Shown here: piece by piece, positions 31,701-41,319 of the stretch | Layout of the letters: each line of letters starts with the position of its first letter | How positions within the stretch are numbered: position 1 is the stretch's first letter | DNA from: a virus | DNA: 44,089 nucleotides | Reading direction: 5' to 3' (one strand) | IMG/VR virus record: IMGVR_UViG_3300004154_000345 | Notes under the pieces: generated by a model | The model's input: only the letters and a program-made list of their open reading frames with translations | Database searches by the model: none | What the model was told of the DNA's origin: nothing | Position numbers and translations under genes: made by a program

Positions 31701-34342
31701 TTTATTAGTAAATGATCATTTAATTTAAATCTTCCTATATCTATCCATAAATATGCAATATAGAAATAATCGTGAAACATAAAATCATCTAAATTTGCTT
31801 CTAATTTAACAATGTCAAGAGCTGTAAGTGTTTCTAAAGAAACTGATGAATCTCTATCTAAAATCACATCACTTGGTTCATTTTTTTCATTTGTAATATT
31901 TACTTCTGTATTATCATCTGTAAAATATCTGTATGCACCAATTGATGCCGTATTTATTAAAGTGGTATTAACTGCTGCAGTATCTTCAACTTCGCAAACC
32001 ACAACAACTTCTTGATAATATTGGCTTTCTCCAAGTAGTGCTTCGGCAACATATCTTAATGTATTTGGAATCCCTTTTCCAGCAATATTAGTTTTATCTG
32101 TACTATCTATAGAGTTAATTGAAAGTACGTTTCCACCATCTCTTTGTGTTTGATTTGTTGCAAAATTATTCCAATTTTCTCCATCAATTGTACTTGTATT
32201 CCAATTAATCCAATTGTTTCCTGCAGTTGTATTTGCAGCAATTGTATCTGCTGCTAATATTTTTACTCCGCTTGGTAATGAGTCTAAAATGTTTGTTGCA
32301 CAAGCTCTATAATCATTTCCAATTGCTTCATTATAAACTCTAATTTTATATGTTATTTTATCTTGTTTTTTTACTGTTACAGTATCTTTTCTATGGATAT
32401 ATTCCATAGTAGTATTTCCTTGTGCATAATGTCTTAATTGAAATGTTGCAGTTCTTGTATCAACATCTGCCATTCCAAATAATTTAGGTTCTCTTGAATT
32501 ATCAAAATTTTCAATATTTGAATTAATTGATTCTACTTTTGATATAAATTTTCTTAATGCTAAATCAACCTCTGGTTGAACTAATACTATTTGCTCAAAA
32601 TCATCATCATCTTCGAAATTATATTTTGTTCCTCTTAAATAATCAACTTTATATAAATTAGTATATGAGCTTAGGTTTTGTACTTTTGTATTAAAATCAT
32701 CTGTTGTTTGGCTTGGAATTGTTAAATCTGGTGATAAATTACCTGGAGTCGAATCTATATCTACATATGTTCCATTAGTTGCAACACTTATTTCCGCAAA
32801 ATTTCTTAATGTTAACTCTTGTGTTCCAGTTAAATTTTCATTAACATTTAATTTTACATCTATAAAGTTATAAGATATTGTATTTGTTGTTGGATTGTAT
32901 GCATTTAATGTGTTCATTAATGCAGATGTATTAATTATTATTTTATTATATTCATTTCCAGCATCATCTCTATATACATTATTATCTCTTGTACAAATTC
33001 CTTGTCCATAAGGGTCTGTATTACCTGATATTTCAACAACTTCCATTGATGTTGGTATATAATCTATTAATTGTTGAGCATATGCATTAACACTTCCTTC
33101 ATTAAATACATATAATCTATATGTTATGTTAGAATTATTATTTACTTTTAATTTATCTTTGTCTACATTATATATTGCATAATTCGCTCCATTATTTAAT
33201 GGTGCAGTATCTACATCTATAGTTGGATTAAATCTATCTAAAGGAATACTTCTAGATGTTTGTCCATCTAAATAATCATATTTAATAATGCTTTTTACAA
33301 GTGCTAAATCCATTATATTATTTGTTTGTGAACCACTTGCTGATATAGATGCAAATGCTTTACGAACTGCTAATAAATATTGGCTATATCCACCATTTGT
33401 TAAAACATAACCTTCAGATGTTATTGCTTTTTTACAATGTACAGTAATTGTGTTTGTTGTTCCTCCTGTTGTATATAATACACCTTCTGGAGCAACTATA
33501 TTAAATGTTACTGAATTAACTGTTGTAGCTAAAACTACAACTTGAACATCTTCTCTAGTAATACCATTTATTTCTACTACTAAATCATCTTTAACAACAG
33601 AAGTTAATCCAGTAATTTTAAAGCTACCTAAAGTTCTAGTGGTAGTATCAATAGCAAAATTTGGTTGTTTTTCTATATTTACACTAGATACTTGATGAGT
33701 ATATGTATTATTTGCAACAGCTAAAGCTTTTAATCCTGTAACAAAATTTTGTGCATCTACATTATTATATATTGTTGCATAATTATATGAACTATAAGTA
33801 TTACGACATAATTGCCAGTATACACAGTTTTGTGCTGCAACTATTTGAGCTGGTGTTAATCTGCCAAGTGCTGCTGCTGCTTCAGTATGTCCAGCACCTG
33901 TTAATAATTGTTGTAAATTGCTTTTCTCATAATTTACTAATATATTATTATATATTGCATCATATTCTCTTCTTGGAACTGTAGCTATTCCATGATCTAC
34001 AAGCCACATTGCTGAATGCCAATTTCCTACGCTAGTAAAACGAGATTGTGCTTGTGGATCATAAATACTTATTCTATTAAAGTTTGTATAATAGCGGGTT
34101 GATAAACTTCCTCCACCATCAATACAAAAGCCTGTAAATCCATTTTGATCTACAAGTACATCAAAGTATCTATCTATTATATAGTTGTTATCATTTCTTG
34201 CGATTCTGATATTCCAATTCTCTCTTACTATTCCAGCCCATCCATTTGACTGTTTAGTAATTCCTATCATGGTTAGTAACGCAAGTATTGATACTACTAC
34301 TAACAAGATTACTTTTTTGATATTTCTTGTTTTACTTAACAT
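28769..34342 (-). CDS. Giant cell-surface protein with candidate N-terminal thioester domain, DUF11/Cna-like repeats and C-terminal TM anchor
   Basis: ORF track starts at 34408; AAAAGGAGG lies upstream of ATG at 34340-34342 (MLSKTRNIKKVILLVVVSILALLTMIG...). FCIDGGG and AAQNCVYW (compare thioester C...TQxAxW); repeated DLALxKFI / YNEGxxxxYAxEIxDxxPxGxxF; C-term SVRTGDTINTTYIILAASAIALVVTGVVLIKKFVL. Confidence 0.8.
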   Translation of the reverse strand: MLSKTRNIKKVILLVVVSILALLTMIGITKQSNGWAGIVRENWNIRIARNDNNYIIDRYFDVLVDQNGFTGFCIDGGGSLSTRYYTNFNRISIYDPQAQSRFTSVGNWHSAMWLVDHGIATVPRREYDAIYNNILVNYEKSNLQQLLTGAGHTEAAAALGRLTPAQIVAAQNCVYWQLCRNTYSSYNYATIYNNVDAQNFVTGLKALAVANNTYTHQVSSVNIEKQPNFAIDTTTRTLGSFKITGLTSVVKDDLVVEINGITREDVQVVVLATTVNSVTFNIVAPEGVLYTTGGTTNTITVHCKKAITSEGYVLTNGGYSQYLLAVRKAFASISASGSQTNNIMDLALVKSIIKYDYLDGQTSRSIPLDRFNPTIDVDTAPLNNGANYAIYNVDKDKLKVNNNSNITYRLYVFNEGSVNAYAQQLIDYIPTSMEVVEISGNTDPYGQGICTRDNNVYRDDAGNEYNKIIINTSALMNTLNAYNPTTNTISYNFIDVKLNVNENLTGTQELTLRNFAEISVATNGTYVDIDSTPGNLSPDLTIPSQTTDDFNTKVQNLSSYTNLYKVDYLRGTKYNFEDDDDFEQIVLVQPEVDLALRKFISKVESINSNIENFDNSREPKLFGMADVDTRTATFQLRHYAQGNTTMEYIHRKDTVTVKKQDKITYKIRVYNEAIGNDYRACATNILDSLPSGVKILAADTIAANTTAGNNWINWNTSTIDGENWNNFATNQTQRDGGNVLSINSIDSTDKTNIAGKGIPNTLRYVAEALLGESQYYQEVVVVCEVEDTAAVNTTLINTASIGAYRYFTDDNTEVNITNEKNEPSDVILDRDSSVSLETLTALDIVKLEANLDDFMFHDYFYIAYLWIDIGRFKLNDHLLINSVAEKVLESYAPQYHEYVRGVEDDDDFESIIVKESSTEIRLHKIDMNGYFVEGIGFDIQVDSEPVEQKTSNVFGYVDILPNTTIDASEYDYQNVHRVRISEIQDELGKYISVANPIDLFYTFDSLGNIVYTLQGQTDYTLVHNESDWLTFVGAGGAVTNADYLLEDGTTGNVRIVADGNQLTIKVQNKRISGLFRLNIIKVEDTVQRAPVADTVFTIDNGAEVVTNVNGIANGDNGCTYQIDYRGWMSNTIREIDSGADEFVLLRDPVTLYSYVDIVGGKYQVTKVGFSMENTIDIQAIGSITTQEKELVLENGRTVTGVLQIDPSKIVNGMVVIELTIPNPVIQPGQYSFRIRKVDLEGQGLPDVGFTVSQNGSVLDIQNNTDANGFLPIATQVIDDSNVHVIDRFSITEIRIDNDYVAIRQPIDVSVYKYKTNYGFRMIHACFTGGSVTTKTVQLEDGTSVELVIQYSPATGEILLTIPNKKVEYDLALDKFITQVTTGTNTVNVPGREPRFVQNPTITDGDGYQYTPTFGALPAVEVNTNDIVTYNLRIYNEGGADAFATEIVDDVPEGLEFVPYTSGDGSINNTYRWVMYKEVTPEEIAQLPSGTVVKDIDKNVQSGETEFKKCVVTTDVKEADYIVTDYLSKEQGEARMAVGETENPNLLKAFEPTTPEKIAQGPDFNEIRIQFKVTRSVSTMEEANFEVVNYAQITKDSDKNGDEIEDRDSTPNEWRQNEDDQDREKIKVKFFDLSLVKWVSEAIIIEDGVERTEPGNNLEDLQNPYDHRLIYAMTPDKIGEYTDLEPVVKVDLPKSKLENTVVKFKYKIRVYNEGQIDGYAKEITDYVPTGMKFIQEDNPLWQDAGEGKIVTTQLADTLLTVGGAPQTIEIVYTWLNSENNLGLIVNVAEISEDFNNYGNPDIDSTPDNMKVGEDDIDDAAVLLSVRTGDTINTTYIILAASAIALVVTGVVLIKKFVL

Positions 34343-34457
34343 ATTTTCCTCCTTTTGACGTTTGGTCTTTTTGTTTTTTGCTTTTTTGTATTGTTCTTTT
34401 GTTTGCAATTTTCCGCTTTTTTTCTAACGTCGTTTTGTTTTTCTTATATTCTATTTC

Positions 34458-34485
34458 ATTTTAGCATTTTATTAGTATGTGTCAA
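34458..34485 (-). promoter_or_regulatory. Candidate promoter of the 28769-34342 gene
   Basis: Minus strand TTGACA (34480-34485) - 16 nt - TAAAAT (34458-34463). Confidence 0.5.
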
Positions 34486-34676
34486 TATGAGTTTTTTTGT
34501 TGTTTTATAGATTTATTTTTTATAATATTTACGGAAATTATGGGTTTATGTGTGTTTTTTTGGTTTATTACATTTTTATAACATTTTTTGGCGAATTTTT
34601 GAGATTATGAGCGGAGTTAATGGGTTTGGATTTTTTTAATTCTAGATCAGGGGCTGACACAGTGGTTTTATTTTGG

Positions 34677-34787
34677 CTATGGTTAGCGTACTGCAATTGG
34701 GGAATTATTTTTTCTATGGTTACCGTCCTGCATTCGTGGAATTGTTTTTTCTATGGTTACCGTCCTGCAATCGTGGAATTATTTTTA
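34677..34787. repeat. Three tandem 37-bp units
   Basis: CTATGGTTAsCGTmCTGCAwTyGkGGAATTrTTTTTT at 34677, 34714 and 34751. Confidence 0.85.
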
Positions 34788-34889
34788 AATCTTGCTCAGG
34801 CTCTCCCACCGATGCTGTAACAGTGCTTTCGCACTTAACAGCCTCCGGCGGTCCCCACGTCGCCTTCGCTTGATTTTAAAAATAGTTCC
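34775..34889. repeat. GC-rich imperfect-palindrome element, copy B (115 bp), same orientation as copy A
   Basis: Near-identical core to copy A; termini GGAATTATTTTTAAA / TTTTAAAAATAGTTCC. Confidence 0.85.
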
Positions 34890-35174
34890 CATGCGCGGAC
34901 TAAATAGAGTAATTTAATAGTTTTCTTTACTTATTTCTGTATAAATTAAAAATTTTATTATATTTTGTCAAATTATATTAAGTTTGTTACTAGGAAAATA
35001 TATAGAAAAATGAGTGCTAATTATAATTTGCCAAATTTAATTTTGTTTTTCCTATTTCTACTGCACTTCTTTGAATTTAATGTTTCTGCTCCACTTGCAT
35101 GTAATAAAAAAGAACTCCGTGTTATAGTTTATCCAGGCAGTTTATTCTGTAAGACAAGATATCACTGTCATGAA

Positions 35175-35215
35175 AAAGAACTCCTTGTTAGAGTTTATCT
35201 AATAAGGAGTTCTTT
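35175..35215 (-). terminator. Rho-independent terminator downstream of the 35359-40725 gene
   Basis: AAAGAACTCCTTGTTA...TAATAAGGAGTTCTTT, a near-perfect stem of 12 or more bp. Confidence 0.85.
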
Positions 35216-35358
35216 CTTAATAAAGTAGTTATTTTAATGTGTTAATACTTAGTTATAGTATAAAATATTTAAATTATATAAAAAGTTATTTAAATTATTA
35301 TATGACTTTTAAAAAATTATATTTAATATTATTTTACTTATAATATTAATTTTTTTAA

Positions 35359-38300
35359 TTATAGCACGAATTTTTTAATTGATATTGCTCCTGCTGCTAT
35401 TATTATTGTAAATGCTGCTGCTACTATAATATATGCGATGTTTATTGAATCTCCTGTTCTAATAGATATTAAAACTGGTGCATCATCTATGTCATCTTCG
35501 TTTTCTATAAAGTTGTTTGGTGTTGAGTCTATATCTGGCGTTTCAAATTCGTTGTAATCTTTACTAATTTCTGCTGTATTCACTAATAATCCTAGGTTGT
35601 TTTCTCCATTTATCCATGTGTATATTATTTCAACTGTTTCTGGTTCTCCACCTACTTTTAATAGCTTATTTTCTAATTGATTTGTTACAACTTTTCCATT
35701 TCCAGCGTCTTTCCATAATGGATTGTCTTCTTGTACGAATTTCATATTTTTTGGTGTATAATCTGTAATTTCTTTAACATATCCATCAATTTGACCTTCA
35801 TTATATACTCTTATTTTGTATTTAAATTTAACAACTATACTTGCTAATTTATTTTTTGGTATATCTACTTTAACTACTGGTTCTAGGTCTGTATAGTTTG
35901 ATATTTTGTCTGGATGTAATTTGTAAATCAGTCTGTGATCATATTGATTTTTTAGATCTTCTAAATTATTTCCTGGCTCTATTCTTTCAATACCATCTTC
36001 TATTATAATTGCTTCATTTACCCATTTTACAAGACTTAAATCAAAATATCTAACTTTTATTTTTTCTAAATCTTGATCATCTTCACCTTCATTCCATACA
36101 TTTGGTTTAGAATCTATATCTTCAGCTTCTTCATTATATTTATCTTTGTCATCTGTTATTTGAGCAAGATTTATAATTATTCTGTTAGATGTAGACGGCT
36201 CTACAACTTTAAACTGAACTTTTACATCTCTGTAATCTGGTTCATCCATAGTGTTTGGGTTGAATGGTTTTAATAGATTTACATTATATGGCAATTTTGT
36301 ATTTTGATCTAAAATATCTGTATTTGTCATTTTTTTACCATTCTCAAATGATAAATAATTTGTTACTATATAATCTGCTTCTGCTGGATTTGTTGTAATA
36401 ATACATTTTTTCTTTTCAACAGAATTTCCTGTAGTTTTTCCATCAAGTTCTTTAATTTCAGTACCTTCTGGTAAAGTTAGTATTTCTTGTTGTGTTAGAA
36501 TTTTGTACATTGTCCATTTATATTTATCATTTATACTTCCGTCATCTTGAATATATGGAACAAATTCTAAGCCCTCTGGTATATCATCTAATACTTCTGA
36601 TGCGTATCCGTAAGCGTTTCCTTCGTTGAAAATTCTTAATGTATATGTAACAATATTTTTTGTATCAACTACAACTGGTTCTTTTGTATGTTCATAAACA
36701 TATTTTCCATCTGCATTGATTTTGAATACAGGATATCTATTTGTAATATCTGTTGTTTTTGAATTGTCTGTTACTCCTGTTATGAATTTTCTTAATGCTA
36801 AGTCAAACTTTTTGATTTCTTCTAGGTTTGGAATAGTTATGCTAATAAATCCGTCATTATTTAGTATGGCTGAAACTTCAACTGTTCTTCCATCTAAAAG
36901 TTCAACTGTTTTTGTAATTCTTGTTCCAAAAACATATTTTATATCTTTAATTTCTTCAATGTTTTCATTAAAGAAATATATTCCATTTGCTCTAAATGTT
37001 CCACCAACTATTTCTTTAGTTATTGCAAAAGAAATTGGATTTTTTAATTTAATATATTCATTAATTCCTAAGTTGATTTCATTAATTGTATATGAATCTA
37101 TTTCTGTATTTTCAATTTGAGTTGTTATAATATTAGTTAATCCGTTTGAATCTGTAGCTGTAAATGCTGTTTGACCAACTTTTCCATTTATTTTTGTGTT
37201 TAAACTAAATGTAACATTTTCTAATTTCATATTTGGATTTTTGGCATCTGTTTTTTGTATTTGTAAATTGTATTGTCCTAATAATTTCTTTATTTTAATA
37301 TTTTCAAAATCTGTATCATCTTGGTCTTGAGAATCTTTTGTTCCTTTTCCTTCAACCCCTGGGTAATATCCCATATGATCATCATTTATTCCATATTTAT
37401 AATCTGTATAAAAACTTGCAAGATTTAATAATATAGATTTTTCTGTATTATTATTTGTACCAATTAACAAACTGTCTGGAACTGAATCTCTATCTGCAAT
37501 TTGAACCATTTCACCTTGTGAATTTATTGCAATTTGTTTAGTTATTTCTGCTCTGTTTGTTAATATTTTAGATTCTTCATAACCAGTTACTTTGCAAATT
37601 AAAGCAACTTCTTGGTACCATTGGTCACTTATTTCATCATATTTTTTGTTTTCTGTTGCTTGAGCTATTTTTTTAATAGAATTTGTTGGTAATATTTTAT
37701 TTCCAGTATACGTAATTTTTATTGCATTTAATTCTGTATCAACTGTAGCCGTATAATCCAAATACCCTTCTGCTAATTTCACAAATTCTACACCTTGTGG
37801 TAAATAATCTATAATTTCAGTTGCTCTACCATTATAGTCTGCTATTCCGCCTTCATTGTAGATTCTTAATTTGTAAGTTATTTCATCTTGAGAATATACT
37901 TCAATAGCTTCTTTTCCGTGGAAGTATAAAGCAGTTCCTTTTGTAGCTCTCATAGCCTCAGACAGAATATTGATTTTTGGTACTCTTGTAACATAAGCAT
38001 CATAAGAATTTAAATCAACTCCATTTACAATGCTGTTTCCATTAACTGCTGATATATATTTTCTTAAAGCTAAATCGAATTCTTTGTCTATTATTATTAA
38101 TTGCTCAAAATCATCATCATCTTCTACATCATATTCTGTTTTATTCATCCAAGTTTTTGTCAATTGTGTTTCTATTCTTTTCTCATATTCTAAAATTGAT
38201 TCATTAGTTTGAGTTTTAATTAATTGTATATTTAGTGAATTTTCATATGAATCTCTGTCAACTATTGGTTTTCCATTTTCGTCTGCAATTGCTTCAACAA

Positions 38301-40725
38301 ATTCTGCACCAATATAATATCCATATTTAGTTATTTCAGAAATATTTGTTAATAGTTTTCCAACAGTGTCAGATACTACAACACATTCAATTTCAACAAA
38401 ATCTGAATCTAAAGTATTACCACCTGTATAAGCTAGTAATTCTCTATCTTTTAATTTGTTGGTTTTTACTGTTGTTGTTCCATCTAAGTTTTTTGTTGCT
38501 ATCCAGTTATTTTGTATGTTTACTAGAGAATCTTGTTTAAATTCTAGACCTTGTGGTAGGTAATCTGTAATTTCAGTTGCATATCCATTAATATCACCTT
38601 CATTATAAACTGAGATTTTATATCTTACTGTAGCTCCTGTTTTTACTTTATATGCAGGTTTATTCATTATGTATGTAGCAGTTGTTCCATCTAATAATCC
38701 TGAAACATTATATGCTCTTAATCTATTAGATACAGGTGTTGAATCTATGTCATTTTCTAATTTGTATTCAACATTAACAATTTGTTTTGTTAATGCTAAA
38801 TCTAATGTTTGAACCTTAATATTTTCGTAATCATCATCATCTTGTAATCCTGGAACATTATATTTATAGCTTTCGCTCATTTGTTCTGGCCCATATTCAG
38901 CTGAACCTTTCCAAGAATCTATGTTTGAGGTAAGTTGATTTATTGTTATACTATTTGGGTTTGAATCTCTATCATTTATGTCTGTATAATTGTTTTTTGC
39001 ATCATATGCAGTATCTGCTGTTATTTCTGCAACATTTTTTAATACAGTATTTTTGTCTTTGCTTGTAACTTTACAATATATGTAAACTGATCTAGAATCT
39101 ATTGTATTAGTAGTTTTGTCATATGCTTTTATTAAATTTCCCATTCCCCTAGTACTTGATAAATAATCTGTTTTATAAGAAGCACTAACTTTTTCAGATT
39201 GTTCTTCTGTTTTAGTCCAACGATAATCTGTAGTTTCATTTATTCCATAAGAATTTAATTGTTCCAAACCTACAAACTCAAGGCCATTAGCTAGGCTGTC
39301 TTTTATTTCAGATGCATACCCATCTAAATCACCTTCATTGTGAATAGTAATTTTATATCTTATAATTGAACCTGTTGGAACAGTTATAAAAGCTTTATTT
39401 GTTAGATAGGAGTCTGTTGTTGCACCATTTTTTAAAAGTCCAACCCTATTAAACACTCTATTTGTTAAAATAGTTTGTGCTGTTAGTGCTCCTTGCACAT
39501 CTGTTTTATTTAATACATAACTTGTTGTTCCATTGTTGTTAACAGGAACATATACATCTGTAATATTTTTTATTAAATGTAGATCGAATTCAGCAACGGC
39601 TTCAGTTCTTGCACGACCTTCTAAACGTTTTCCAACTATCCTCTTTTTTAGATTAAACAATGGTTGTTTTGTTGTTAAATTTCCTTCAGTATAAAAATAT
39701 TGAGCATCTGAAGCAATCCTTTTTGTATCAATATTTAAATTTATATTATATTCTTTTGTTGGATCAAAGTTATATCCATTCTTAAATTGTATAAAAATAT
39801 TATTGTCTTGTTTTACTATATCATAATTATCATTTCCTATTGTAATATCATTTACTGATACAGAATATCTAGTAAAATCTGAAACAGATAAATTATTATT
39901 ATTTAAAACAAATGGTCCAACTTTTTTAGTTGTTCTATCTATAATTGCATTAGTTGAGTCCAAATTTAGTCCATCTAAATATGATTGCATTGAATTTGCA
40001 TTTGGTGAAATATAATTCGAATTGTCTTTCGCCAAAGAAACCATTGCTGTATATATGTAACAATAGTATTTTGTACTTGTATAAGGTGTACTGTTATCTT
40101 TTCCATCTCCTGGAATTATTACAGTTCCTGTTATAGAATCTGGTGTAATAATTCCTATATTTGGTGTTAAATTATTAGTAAAATACCAGAATGTTCCTTG
40201 TTGAACTGTATAAATTAAATTCTCTCTATTTGCATAATCTGCCATCATACCATCTATCCATGCTGAATCTAAAACAACTCCATAAGTTTGTTCAACTACT
40301 TGTTTCTTGCTTTTTATAAGATTTGCAATATTTTCTAGCATCATTGCTTTTGTTTCTGGTTCTGCATCATTTGAAACATACATGTTGTCAATTAACCACA
40401 TTGAAGAATTATAGTTTTGTCTAGAACCAAATATTTGATTAACTGTTTGGTCATTAATATTATATAAACTTACTCCATGTGTTAAAACTTCATATGCGTT
40501 TCTTTGCGCACCACCATTTAGGCAATATAAATTATTATAATTTCCTGTAGTTTCAGCAAAGTGATACAATCTTTTTGAATTAATTGAATAACTCATCTCT
40601 CTTAATTCTGACATTGTAATTGTTTGCGCATCTGACACATTTTGGAATGCCATCAAAATTACTAACATAGAAATTATAACTGTAATTATACTTTTTGTTA
40701 TTATCTTTTTCTTGTTAATGTTCAT
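35359..40725 (-). CDS. Giant cell-surface protein, paralogue of 28769-34342: candidate thioester domain, DUF11-like repeats, C-terminal TM anchor
   Basis: 1788 aa; signal peptide; NLYCLNGG and VQQGTFWYFTN; repeated EFDLALRKYI / YNEGGIA; C-term SIRTGDSINIAYIIVAAAFTIIIAAGAISIKKFVL; RBS AAAGGAGAG. Confidence 0.8.
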   Translation of the reverse strand: MNINKKKIITKSIITVIISMLVILMAFQNVSDAQTITMSELREMSYSINSKRLYHFAETTGNYNNLYCLNGGAQRNAYEVLTHGVSLYNINDQTVNQIFGSRQNYNSSMWLIDNMYVSNDAEPETKAMMLENIANLIKSKKQVVEQTYGVVLDSAWIDGMMADYANRENLIYTVQQGTFWYFTNNLTPNIGIITPDSITGTVIIPGDGKDNSTPYTSTKYYCYIYTAMVSLAKDNSNYISPNANSMQSYLDGLNLDSTNAIIDRTTKKVGPFVLNNNNLSVSDFTRYSVSVNDITIGNDNYDIVKQDNNIFIQFKNGYNFDPTKEYNINLNIDTKRIASDAQYFYTEGNLTTKQPLFNLKKRIVGKRLEGRARTEAVAEFDLHLIKNITDVYVPVNNNGTTSYVLNKTDVQGALTAQTILTNRVFNRVGLLKNGATTDSYLTNKAFITVPTGSIIRYKITIHNEGDLDGYASEIKDSLANGLEFVGLEQLNSYGINETTDYRWTKTEEQSEKVSASYKTDYLSSTRGMGNLIKAYDKTTNTIDSRSVYIYCKVTSKDKNTVLKNVAEITADTAYDAKNNYTDINDRDSNPNSITINQLTSNIDSWKGSAEYGPEQMSESYKYNVPGLQDDDDYENIKVQTLDLALTKQIVNVEYKLENDIDSTPVSNRLRAYNVSGLLDGTTATYIMNKPAYKVKTGATVRYKISVYNEGDINGYATEITDYLPQGLEFKQDSLVNIQNNWIATKNLDGTTTVKTNKLKDRELLAYTGGNTLDSDFVEIECVVVSDTVGKLLTNISEITKYGYYIGAEFVEAIADENGKPIVDRDSYENSLNIQLIKTQTNESILEYEKRIETQLTKTWMNKTEYDVEDDDDFEQLIIIDKEFDLALRKYISAVNGNSIVNGVDLNSYDAYVTRVPKINILSEAMRATKGTALYFHGKEAIEVYSQDEITYKLRIYNEGGIADYNGRATEIIDYLPQGVEFVKLAEGYLDYTATVDTELNAIKITYTGNKILPTNSIKKIAQATENKKYDEISDQWYQEVALICKVTGYEESKILTNRAEITKQIAINSQGEMVQIADRDSVPDSLLIGTNNNTEKSILLNLASFYTDYKYGINDDHMGYYPGVEGKGTKDSQDQDDTDFENIKIKKLLGQYNLQIQKTDAKNPNMKLENVTFSLNTKINGKVGQTAFTATDSNGLTNIITTQIENTEIDSYTINEINLGINEYIKLKNPISFAITKEIVGGTFRANGIYFFNENIEEIKDIKYVFGTRITKTVELLDGRTVEVSAILNNDGFISITIPNLEEIKKFDLALRKFITGVTDNSKTTDITNRYPVFKINADGKYVYEHTKEPVVVDTKNIVTYTLRIFNEGNAYGYASEVLDDIPEGLEFVPYIQDDGSINDKYKWTMYKILTQQEILTLPEGTEIKELDGKTTGNSVEKKKCIITTNPAEADYIVTNYLSFENGKKMTNTDILDQNTKLPYNVNLLKPFNPNTMDEPDYRDVKVQFKVVEPSTSNRIIINLAQITDDKDKYNEEAEDIDSKPNVWNEGEDDQDLEKIKVRYFDLSLVKWVNEAIIIEDGIERIEPGNNLEDLKNQYDHRLIYKLHPDKISNYTDLEPVVKVDIPKNKLASIVVKFKYKIRVYNEGQIDGYVKEITDYTPKNMKFVQEDNPLWKDAGNGKVVTNQLENKLLKVGGEPETVEIIYTWINGENNLGLLVNTAEISKDYNEFETPDIDSTPNNFIENEDDIDDAPVLISIRTGDSINIAYIIVAAAFTIIIAAGAISIKKFVL

Positions 40726-41319
40726 ATATTTTCTCTCCTTTTTGCATATATTAATGCATTTTTAAATTATGTCTTTAAATTATGTTGTCAAATAAAATCT
40801 GCACAAAAAATAAAATCATACTAGTGCATGATATTTAATCTCATAATTCTTTATCTTCCGTAGGTTTACCCCGTTTGTTTTGTTTTTTAACAAAGTATGA
40901 GAATATTATACCATAACAATATGATTTTGGCAATATTTTAATTGATTTTATTAGGGAAATAAGGGTTATTACAAAATTGCAATTACTTTTTCACTTCACC
41001 GGAAATAGGGGTTCATCTTTTACCGAAATAAGTTTTTTAAGATTTTTAAATTTCACACAATATAATTTTTTTGAAATTTTTCAAATTCATACACTAAAGT
41101 TTTTTGAGATTTTCTTATCATTGCATTAACAATTTTTTTATGATTTAAATAAAAATTTTCAAAAAAAATCCCTACTAGCATATTCTTTACTAGTAGGAAA
41201 AAACTTTTCATATATTTATAATTGATATTTATAGAAAATCTATACTGTTTTCACTATTTATAATTGTTACATACATACATTGAATTATCGATGTTTTAAA
41301 ACATAGTAATTTTAATTTA

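Noticed and set aside
34620-35228. Plus-strand ORFs 34620-34820, 34673-34873 and 34965-35228
   Set aside because: Repetitive peptides (MVTVLxxWNCFFYGYRPA) arise from the 37-bp tandem repeat and palindromic element; not protein-coding in character.
31812-40136. Plus-strand ORFs antisense to the giant adhesins (31812, 33751, 36073, 36716, 38030, 38346, 39954)
   Set aside because: No RBS; explained by the repetitive sense-strand coding sequence.
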